Positions 37,891 through 48,268 of a stretch of DNA of 64,000 nt are shown piece by piece. The stretch lies in the NCBI GenBank assembly GCA_016748015.1, contig JAAOMT010000749.1, forward strand, positions 1 through 64,000, given 5' to 3'. Origin of the DNA: Geosiphon pyriformis uo1 (Eukaryota > Fungi > Glomeromycota). A model generated the notes under the pieces. The model worked only from the letters and a program-made list of their open reading frames with translations. It had not been told where the DNA came from and did no database searches. Each line of letters opens with the position of its first letter. Within the stretch, counting starts at the first letter, position 1. Both the position numbers and the translations under genes were made by a program.

Positions 37891-39466
37891 TCATATGATC
37901 TCCTCCTCGGGAATGGGTCCCAAGAACCATGAGATAACACTGCAGGCCAATAAAGCACCAGCACTAGTCCATAAACACGCATACAAGCCAACGTATTGGT
38001 ATAATAATCCACCCAAAACTAACCCAATTAATCTCCCAATCGCATTTGCCATATAGTAAAAACCAACATTCATAGCTACTTTATCGCGATGACAATAAGC
38101 TAAAATTAAAAAAGAATGAACCGAAGAATTAATGGCAAAAATGAAAGCAAAAAGAAATAAGCCTGCGATTAATAAAGCAACCAGAAGAGTGTGATCAGAG
38201 GTAATCGAGAGGAAGGTCAGTACAAATGAAACTAAAATAGTGATGATTAATAGGATCAAAGTAAAGGGAACAAGTATACGACCTGTCGTAATTGGGTATA
38301 AATGAATAGGTTTTAAAATGAGTTGTGGAGTGCTTGATTGTACAAAACCATAGAAGATTACCCAACAAGCTAAAAAAGCTCCTGTACTTATGTACGACCT
38401 AATGAAAGTGGAAAGGTAAACTTTTGAATCAAAAAAGATCAATTGTATAATAAAGATATTAGCTTACCATCCGATTGGACCTCGTAGAAATACAGGTACT
38501 GGAACTTCAAACCATAAATCGCGAGCTCCAAATAAAAACATTCTGGCCAAGGATAATATATTAACATTTCGTCCTTTGTTAAAAATTTCACGAAATGATA
38601 ATGGTTTCTTCCTTTTGCTAACAGCCAAATTTCTATCAAGAAAATACCAAGCAAAAGGAACAACAACCAAATTCATAGCCAAAAGGACTGCTAAACCGGG
38701 AATATATTTTAAATAGTTCAATAGAAATGCTCCCAAAAAAAATCCAGCTCCTTTAACGGAATTTTTTGCTCCAGTTAACCAAGCCACAGTTTTAAAAAGT
38801 GCTGTTTGGTGATCATTCTTAGATTCATCATGTGGGACAAGCTTAGTAACTGATTTACCGCCAAGTTTGATCATGTCTTTGGCCACTCCACTAAAGCCTT
38901 GAGCAATTACGATGTATATGATTGTAAGTAATCTTGACCATTCACGTTGTAGTCCACAAAGAATTGAAATCCCTATTATTTGTGCCACGAGCCCGAACAA
39001 AAGACAAAAACGAAGACCAAGACGTGATCCTAGAATCCCTCCAACCAGGTTTGTTATCACTCCCAAAAATTCGTATAAAGTAAACATCAAAGATATTTGA
39101 AGAGCCTGAAAATAAGATAATTGTTAATTATAATTTACAAAATATTAATAATAATAATTGCCATAAATTTAAATCTTTTTATGTTACATTGAAATGTCGC
39201 GTATATAACTCTAGCAAAACAATCATTCGTAGTCCAGAGTCAGTGAGGGTAAATAATAGGTATCCTCCAGCAATGATGTAAAAATTTCGCATTGACATTT
39301 TAGGATTGTGATCTTCAATCTCTAACGTTGCCACTTCTATGTGAGGATTTTGGTTAATTATTTCATAATCATTATTTGGAGATTTATCCGGAATTTGAGA
39401 AACTGATTTTTCCTTATTTTTGGGTGTTGTAGTTTGTAAAATTTTAGAAGAATCAATATTTGACAT
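37891..39466 (-). CDS. arsJ: Organoarsenical efflux MFS transporter ArsJ homologue (3 exons)
   Basis: Exons 39466-39188, 39105-38468 and 38398-37891. ArsJ family motifs in order: YLLFTLTDSGLRMIVLL, LYEFLGVITNLVGGILGSRLGL, AQGFSGVAKDMIKLGGKS, VAWLTGAKNSVKGAGFFLG, NVNILSLARMFLFGARDLWFEVPVPVFL, GAFLACWVIFYGFVQ, FAINSSVHSFLILAY, VGFYYMANAIGRLIG, GLYACLWTS. Confidence 0.92.
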
Positions 39467-40606
39467 GATGAAAGAAATCAATTTCCCTTTCTTTCTTTTT
39501 CTTTTTTTTTTTTTGAAAATGTCCAGGTAATTCGATACGTTTTATACCGAATTAATTGAAGTTTTGTTTACTTTTGTTAAATTGAGACAACAAACAAACT
39601 ATGCGCCAATGCCAGTAACTTTTGACTAGAAAATAAGTATTTTGACCGTTCATAAAATTTTTTGAATTAAAAATTCCTTTAAAGATCCAATCACATTTGC
39701 AGGAAGTTCGCTGTACGAATTAAAAATTTGTAATTTTTTACAGCAAATCATACCGTCATTCTCTTATCCTAAATGGTTTGCTAATTAAAAATTCAAAAGT
39801 CATTTTCACCCAATCGGAAATATTGGTTTCTTTTTGTCATTATCCAAAAAAAAAAGGGGAATATTAAAGGGTTTATATGATCATTTGGTATGAATCTTTT
39901 TGATTGAGGCTCATAATTTGTAATATTATTTGAGAATTTTAAAAGAGTAAAGTTAAACTTTCATCAGGAGGCTGAAAATCTTTAAATCAGTAAAAAAGGG
40001 TTTATTACAAATTAGTCTTGTGACAATTAAAAATTCAAGCACCAAGCCCTTTTAAGCCTCGATAATTTTGGTCTATTTAAAAGAGCCTCAAAAATTTTTC
40101 GTATTAGAAAGGATAAGGCTGCGGAAAAATCAAGTGATAATTCACATCTCGTAAAGCTTTCTACGCTTTTGGCGTAACTCTTGATACCATTTGCTTCCGT
40201 CAGAACAAACCCTCTCAAATATTTTCAAGGTATTTATTTCATATGATAACATAGTAATTGTCACAAATTCTAACCCTTTATTGGCGTTGACACATTTTCT
40301 AAAAGAGGCCAAAAATCTGAATATGTTTATTATCTTTATTTTTTTTTCAAGATCTGTTAATGGAACTGAATTCAACAGTATTCTTATATCAGAAATTTCT
40401 CACTATTTCCAAATCTCTGGGAGCTTAATTACCCAGTGGTGGGAATTCGTCGGAAATCATTTTTTTTAAAAAAAACTAGCAATTTTTATTTTCACTTGGA
40501 TTTGAGACACGGAAATGTTGCCGAATCATTAACTAATTTAAATGTGACACATTTTTTAAAAAAAGGCTGATAATCCTATTGAAAAATCTCATATAGCTTT
40601 AATCTA

Positions 40607-42294
40607 CAGTCAGACCTCCATAAAAGAGCCCTCGATAAAAGAACAACCTCTTACAAAAGAACATTTTTTTATAGAACCAATTGATTAATTAACAATTTTC
40701 CCTTTATATAAGAAAAATCTATAAAGGAACAAGAACATAATTTTATCAAACGTTTATTCGAAATTTACCTTCATATAAGAATAAAAACAAAAACGAGTAG
40801 CAGTTAATAATGCTCTTCGTAAAGAAATTTGTCAATATTCCAAAAATCACTATGGCATGAAACATGATAATATTGTAGCTTACTTCAATAATAAATATCC
40901 AGAACTTCATATTTCTCGTCCAACTGTCTCCAAGATAATCAAAGAGCATGCAAAGTGGTTGAATATTGAAATTGATGAAATCTCAGAAAGATCTATTCGA
41001 CACAAAAGCGTTAAATTACCATTATTAGACCAAGCTTTAAGTTATTGGATAGAACAAGTAACTGCAGCCACTATCAAATTCAATGATCAACTAATTAAAG
41101 AGAAAGGAAAAGAATTTGCCAAACTTCTTGGTATGCACGAAAATGAAATACAATTCTCAAATGGATGGGTTCAAAAATTCAAAAAACAAAACCAGTTACG
41201 TGTTTACTGATTTCATGGTGAAGCAGGAAGTGTATCAACTGAAAGTTTACTAAAAGAACGAAGAAAATTAAAAACCATTATATCCGAATTTGATCCTGCT
41301 GACATATATAATGCTGATGAAACAGAATTATTTTTTCATATGGGACCAAATCAAACATTTGCAAATGCAGGAAAAAAATTGGTATATTATATTTACCAAT
41401 TGTTATCGTTATATATTATTGTTATATTAAATTAATTGGGTTTTTTATAGGATAAATCTCAGATTACAATTCTTGCTACAAATTCAACTGGATCTCACAA
41501 ATTGCAACCTTTAGTAATTGGACATGCAAAAAATCCAAGATGCTTTAAAGGAATTAATACTTCCAACCTACCTGTAATTTACAAATTCAATTTCAAAGCA
41601 TAGATGCACTCAGATATATGGAAAACATGACTCAAATATATAAATAAAGACTTTCGAATTCAAAATCAGCATATATTACTTTTGATTAATAATACAACTT
41701 TTCATCATACTCAAATCGAGGAAGATTTATTTCAATTGACCAATATTACTTTGCACTATTTTTCTCCAAAATAAATTAAACATAAAACAAACAATTGATT
41801 ATATTGTTCAATTATGGTTTCAAGTAACACCTGTTACAATTCAAAACTGTTGGCAAAAAATGGATATTCTTTTCTATAATCAAGAATTAGAAATTCAAGA
41901 ATCCGAAACATCAATTGCTATAGATATATTCAACAATTTACCATCAAATGCACAACAATTGGTCAAAAATCTCGAAGATTATACTGTAGCAGTTGATAAA
42001 TTATTGGCAACTGAAAATATTCTTGATGATAATGAAATTGTAGATATGGTTTTACCCGATGCTCAAATTGAAACCAATACAATTAATGACTCGGAAGAAG
42101 AATTAGAAGAATCTTCACCTGCTATAATTACAATTACAGAGCATATGAAGCATTAAAAAAGGTAATTAGATTTGAAGAGCAATTAGCAGAAGAAAATTTT
42201 AGTATAGAAAACCAAAATTTACTTAGAAAAAAATTATATGAATACGAAAAAATGAAGGAAAATTCTAAAAAACAGGTAACAATTAATCAATATT

Positions 42295-42332
<38 letters not shown>

Positions 42333-42455
42333 TGATTGATTTAATAAATAAATATAGTTTATTTGATAATAATTATAAAACTCTATAATAGAACACCTCT
42401 AAAATGGAACATAATTTGCATGTCCCAACTGTGTTCTTTTATAGAGGTCTGACTG
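40607..42455 (+). mobile_element. pogo/Tigger (CENP-B-related DDE_1) DNA transposon, full length, transposase inactivated
   Basis: 21-bp TIRs CAGTCAGACCTC(C/T)ATAAAAGA with 1 mismatch; TA on both sides (40605-40606, 42456-42457). Transposase motifs ISRPTVSKIIK, FSNGWVQKFKK, HGEAGS, YNADET, PLVIGHAKNPRCFKG. One intron (~41382-41450) and several premature stops. Confidence 0.93.
42296..42332. repeat. (AAT)n microsatellite within the pogo element
   Basis: About 12 tandem AAT units. Confidence 0.9.
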
Positions 42456-43245
42456 TACTATGAAATTTACCATAACTGAGAGACTAGGAGCTGCGTAACA
42501 TGGCAATTTTTGAAAAAATGAGCATGTTTGAAAATCCTCATCATTTTGTGTCACCCTTTATTCATGCTGTTGTAAAGGAAAGAATATTTCTCGCAATTAA
42601 ACCAATGCATCAAAGGTAGTTTAGAAGTTTTGACTTTATTTTGAGTGTAAAAAAGCTCAATTTTAATTTCAAAATTATTGTCTAATAAGGTAGCAAAAAT
42701 ATTAATATTTGATAAAAAAAGGAAAAATAATTGATGTTTCTTTAAATATATTTCCAAGTCGATAAAATTCAAAAGTCTTTCTTTTTTGGACTCTGAATAG
42801 TTGTCCCGAGATTATTATCATAGCTGAAAATGTGAGATAAATTGAAAATACGTCATCCGAAATTTTTATTAAAACAATCGTTTGTTGACCTTTTATTTTG
42901 ATCCTAAAGAAGATTTGAGCTAATATCACATTGATTTTAAATAAACTGACTACAGATCAATCGTGAGACATTTTATAGAGTGGATATGAGATTATGTGGA
43001 ATTTCAAGAATAATTTTTTTAGACTAAAAGAGGTGATATCATGAATTAACAAATTATTTTTTTGTTAATAAATACGAGGAAAGACTTTTAAACATATATA
43101 ATTAATGAATAATTTTTAATTTAGGAATTTTTTAGTTTATTTTTAATGAATTTTGGTGCCCGAAATTTCTAAAACCAATACTCCAATTTTGAGCCTATTA
43201 ACCTCTAGGAGCTTTTTAGACATAATATTGCGAATAAAAGAAAAT

Positions 43246-44580
43246 TCAGGAATTAGAACGTAAACATAGACCCATAAATTTTCCAAAATAAGGCCCAAAA
43301 TGTGAATCAGGTTCATTTGGATATCTCCTTTGAGGTTTTTGATTGCAATACTGAAAAATTTAAATGTTATTATTGAAGTCAAAAAAAGCAAATAAAATAA
43401 TGTATACGATCTAAATATAGTTGTTACCGGATTCTCTTCTAAATATTCATTAGTCATTATTGAAAAACATTCGTAAACTGTTTGTCCTAAAGTGTTACAA
43501 TCGCAAGAAGCAGAGTTTGATATCCAAAATTCTCGTTGATGATGAAGATAACCATCTTTTCTGGAAGGAAGCTGTGGGATTAAGTCATCACTATGGGTAA
43601 ATCGAAATGTTTTTGGAATAATTTGGTTGACATGATCAGCAAATTGAATATTTCCAAGTCTTGGTTGGCCAAAAGTCACTGTCCTTACATCTGCCTTTGT
43701 AATATCGAACTTGAAGGCAAGAGCAGCGAAAATCGCCCATACTATAAAAAAATATTTGTTATTTTAGGCATCAAGGTGAGAATTATAAAGTGAAAACTTA
43801 CCAGCACCTTCACCATGACCTGTGAAATAAAACCAATATTTTTCAAATCTATTATCTGATACCAGATCCGCAATTGTTCGAACTAGTGAACGTTGAGCAG
43901 ATAAAAACCGATAATAAAAATGTGCATTAACAGAAGCACCTTCCACATCTTCAAACTGAGTAAGCCGTGTTTTAGCAGGGCTCCAGTCTTCTATGCTGAT
44001 TTTATTCCCTTTGAAATAAATAATAATAATGTTTGGTTTTAACCAAAATATTTCTTTAGATTCCGGCTTGATAACTGCATGGGCTGTTAGCATTCAAACA
44101 AAGATCACATGAGAAGTCTTGAAGTGAGAAGTTGAATTGATTCGTAGTCATAAAATTTTTACCATATATTCCGTCACCAAATTTGAAACTTTCATCAAGA
44201 CAATAGGCTTTTTGTGCAAATCCTGCATGTTCTTCGAAGAAATTGAGCAAATCCTGATCAGTTATTGCCACTTTTTTTTCAGAGTTTTCTTCTGTAGAAC
44301 GTGGCATCATCATAAACATATTTGATCGATTGAAAAATTTATTGGACGTTCTGAATTTTCGCTGATCTTTGAGTTTCACCTCATCACGAAAATGAATCGT
44401 TCTTGTTTTGTTTTCTGAAATTTTTGTTGCAGTATTTTTTTTGGTCCCAGGGCAGTTGTGGGGCATAGTGTTGTATAAAAAATTTGTAAATTTTATCAAA
44501 TGATTCAAAATTTTTAATAATATCAATATTAAAAAGAAGTAAAATATAAATCTAAACTTGGAGATTGTGAATGGAAACAT
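43246..44580 (-). CDS. Class-3 lipase-like protein, nucleophile Ser replaced (GHGEG), 4 exons
   Basis: N-terminal hydrophobic signal/anchor; FAQKAYC, IIIYFKG, VNAHFY, YFTGHGEGAG, TFGQPRLGN..FA, RFTHSDDLIPQLP, YLHHQREFWI, and last exon YCNQK..SHFGPYFG. Confidence 0.85.
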
Positions 44581-45943
44581 ATCTAAAAGGCAAAATGAAA
44601 ATAGGTAACCAGGTTACCTATAATAAATTTTAATGAATCTTTATTTCAACTAAACAAGCAAAGATCCCGGAAAAAATTTATCGATCGCAGCAAGAAATAA
44701 AATGTCGATTCTGTTATTTACAACTTTATTTCCCACACTCCAAAGCCAATGAATTTTTAACCCGCCCGAGAGAATCTTTAATTTGAAAAGCAAGTCAATA
44801 TCTGATCACAATGAAATTTACCATCAGTAACATGAGAGATCAAAATAATTCCTGCCTGTAAATTCTCAAATACCCTAACTTGGTTTTTATGACTTTTTAC
44901 ATTATACTTATAATTTCAAAATAATTCACAGTAACTGCGAAAAAGGACAATTAAGCCGAGAAGATTTTTTACGGGGAATCTGTAGAATTATAGAAAATTA
45001 GAAAATAACATCAACAGTTTGACCTTACAAAAATAAACTAACCAACTCCCTATTCGGATGATTTTTATTTGAGACGTCAATATTATTTGTTTTAGCATTT
45101 ATTGAAGGTTTGAAAGGTGACGATTCCCCAGTTGGCCAATTTGTTTTTATACCCTGGGGGGGGGGGGGGGGAATTCAGAAGTTACAGCCAATTTTTCATG
45201 AGCTTAAAGAATTTCCGCAACATATAATGACTAATAGATTGCATGCTTGCCTTTAATAATTAATTCACATTTAATTATCCCAATAATTCCAAATATCCTC
45301 CCCAGTTGCGTGACTTTCAAATTTTCTTTCATGACATTTTTCCAGTCATTAGGTGTAATCTGTAATATTTGAAGTTCATAAATTTCGGAAATATCAGGCA
45401 GAATACCAAGTCCATGATTTCGGATCTATGACTTTAGGGCTATCACAAGACATTAAAAGAATTAAGTCCTCTTTATTAATAAAACTTTCCCCCTTCAATA
45501 AAGCGAAAAGCCTCAAATATATTTTCTTCATCAAAAAGTGTTTTTGTGATATTGCAGTTAGCAAATATGATGAATTAAAGTTTTAAAGTATTTTAATTAG
45601 TTTAGCTACTTACGTAACAATTATGAATCTCATGTACTTGTATACAATTATAAGGTTCATTCTAAATTTAGGCAATTACTAATAACAGATTCAAAAGTGA
45701 TATCAAACTAGAGATGTATTAATCATTTTAATATTAAATCAAAATAATACTAAATAAACAGTTTCAATTCTCACAATCTGTGGAGAATCCTTGTTCAAAG
45801 CGACATATTTCTAGGTAAGCGGAGTTCAAATTTAGGTACAACTCTTCTAATGAAATCTTTTAAAAAGGAACACGATGAATTTAAATACGAAATCAGAGTG
45901 AGAAAATGATTTAAGTCATAAAGTCGAATCAGCTGTACAAATA

Positions 45944-46900
45944 CAGTGCACCGCGAAAGTATTCGACCCCCCTCCGATAAAGTTATAAGAAATGAATTTT
46001 ATTTTATTTGTAATTTTACAAAATATTCTGATCATTAATACATTTTATAATAACTTCAATTAATGCATCAATTCGATTTTTCATACTACAGACAAGATTT
46101 GCAGCAAGTTCATCAGGTAAGCGGATTCCACTCTTTTGCTAATTGTGCTTTTAATCCTGCAAAGAGTTTCAATTTTTTTGTGATGTTAATAAATAGATTT
46201 TGGTCAGGTGACATTGATGGCAATGGGATGACATTTCTTCAACAATGTTTTGAATCGTTATCCTCTTGCAAGATCTAATTTATAGTCCCGAAAAACACAT
46301 CAACAAATGGAAGAAGAACCTGTTTGTCTATTGTAATCATAAGATCAGCATTGAAATTGTGTTGGGAGCTAACCAACTCATCAAAACCGAAAGCTTTAAA
46401 ACAGCCCAATATACATTGACCTTTAACGGATGTTTCACAGACCGGAATAATTTTCTTCGTCCAGGAAACTGTAAAACTTTTTAATGTTGGTCGTGGTTAA
46501 AGGAATTGTGCTTTCGTCTGAAAATACAATTCAAAAACTTTATAATTTTTAGCCTACTATAAACTTTTTTTTTATGTTTGTCAATGAGTAACGGTTTGGA
46601 AATTTAGCCATATATATTACCTTCATCTTCACCTTTACGTAAACGTCGTTGAATAGTGCCCCCGTTGTATATTAGTGGCGGTTATATTAATTTCCTTTTT
46701 TTCAAAGTTGTACAATTTCGGCAATTTGTTTTGATATCGTGATTCGACTTTGGTTGATCACTCAAGTCTTTTTGTTTCCTCCCACTTTTTAACCCAATAA
46801 AGTGCAAGTCCAAGTTTCAGGCCTTTGGAATTTTCATTAAAAAATTATTAGCATTTATGAGATTTTTTGTCTTTGGAAAATCTTTACACTCAATTATGAA
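45944..46900 (-). mobile_element. Tc1-family transposon relic
   Basis: Tc1-type end TA|CAGTGCACCGCGAAAGTATTCGACCCCC at 45942. Minus-strand transposase fragments TIQRRL, KPLL, VFSDES, VKHPLKVNV, ILQEDNDSKH, PSMSPDQN, with stops, frameshifts and a deletion. The second TIR was not found. Confidence 0.85.
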
Positions 46901-47857
46901 ACATTATTCGAAATAAAATCAGCATTCAAGATTGTGAATTAAAAGTAAATAAGGGCGGAATCTATTGATGAATATCTAAGAAAATTTATTATAGCCAAGT
47001 GGGTAACAAAGATTTGGTCAACGCAAATATCTTTTTTTCTTTGTGTATTAATGGAAAAAAAAAGCATTTCTAAAATTCTCGACTTGGCACCAAGTCATTA
47101 TCAAAAAATTCATTTGATGAAAGTCCAATTTTGAGTACTGCTTCTGATTATCACATTTAATTGAAAGAAACTTACCAACAAAAGCAGCAACGTGTTAAAG
47201 TGATTGTGACATTTGATATTCAGCCTTTTTATGAATGAAAATTTATTTTAGTGGTTTCATTATATTTAATTATGTTCGGAAAAAAATTGAACGGCAAAGA
47301 AAATTTTACAAATTAAAGATATTCAAAATATTTTGTTTTAAGAATAAATTTTATTGGGTTAAAAAAGATTTTTCTTGTCTGATAATTAATTATAAAAAGA
47401 TAAATATCCTGTTTTTGAATTTGCTCTGAAAGGCTAAACATTTTGAAAAGTGAAGTGAATCAATGATTTCTTTAAAACTTTTTTCGAAGTTTGATAAATG
47501 AAGTCGTAAGATTATAGTATTCAAAAGGTTTCTTGAGTTTTCATAGCGTTTTTCGTAGCTTAGTACAACACTAGAAAATTGAGATCGTTTTGTCTTTTAT
47601 AGAATTATATTTATGAGTTTGTTTATAAATAGAGCTAGCTTACCTAACGAGAAAAATTATAAGTTCTTTCAACAGGTTTTCAAAATATCTTATATATAAG
47701 CAGATTTACTCTGTCTTCTCGTATTAAAAAATATTTTTTTGTAATTTTATGCTTTCTAACTTAAATAGATTCAAAAATTATACACAAAATATTATAAAAA
47801 ACATTTTTCTATCTGACCCTCCCTTTTAACGCCCTTAAATTTGGCCTTTCCACTTCA

Positions 47858-48268
47858 GCGATTACTTTGGTCAACAGACATCAAGGCGACTTCAACGGAA
47901 ACGGCAATTGCAATGGAAATGTTGGAGATGGTAACGGTAATCTTAATGGAAATCTTAACAATGGATCCTTTAACGGCAATGGTAATGGAAACTTGAACGG
48001 GCGTAGCTTCAATGACAGCAAAAATGGAAATGGAAACGTTGGTAATGCGAATGGAAATGATAACGGTAATTTTTAACAGTGGTTCTGCCAATGGAAATAG
48101 TATAATGGCAACAATAACTATGGTTCATTGAACGGTAACAACAATGAAAATGGAAATTTTAGTTACTGGCGATAGGGCGGTTATTATTATACTTATCCTG
48201 CTACTCGTTACTATAAAAATGGAAGTTTTAATGGAAATAATAATGCTATTGAAAATATAAGTGGTTAA
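47858..48268 (+). pseudogene. Gly/Asn-rich (NGNxNGN) repeat protein gene, frameshifted
   Basis: GDFNGNGNCNGNVGDGNGNLNGNLNNGSFNGNGNG... continues after the stop at 48076 in other frames (SGSANGN, NGNNNYGSLNGNNNENGNF, NGSFNGNNN). Codons are diverse, so this is a protein-level repeat. No intact start found. Confidence 0.6.

Noticed and set aside
37891-39466. Bacterial or endosymbiont contamination as the source of arsJ
   Set aside because: It has spliceosomal introns, host-like composition and contiguous fungal flanking sequence.
40027-40469. Overlapping short ORFs upstream of arsJ (possible ArsR-like regulator or relic)
   Set aside because: No recognisable motif, non-ATG starts and no consistent splice model.
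45250-45830. Possible minus-strand gene fragments next to the Tc1 end
   Set aside because: Coding-like patches only, with no assignable motif or complete model.
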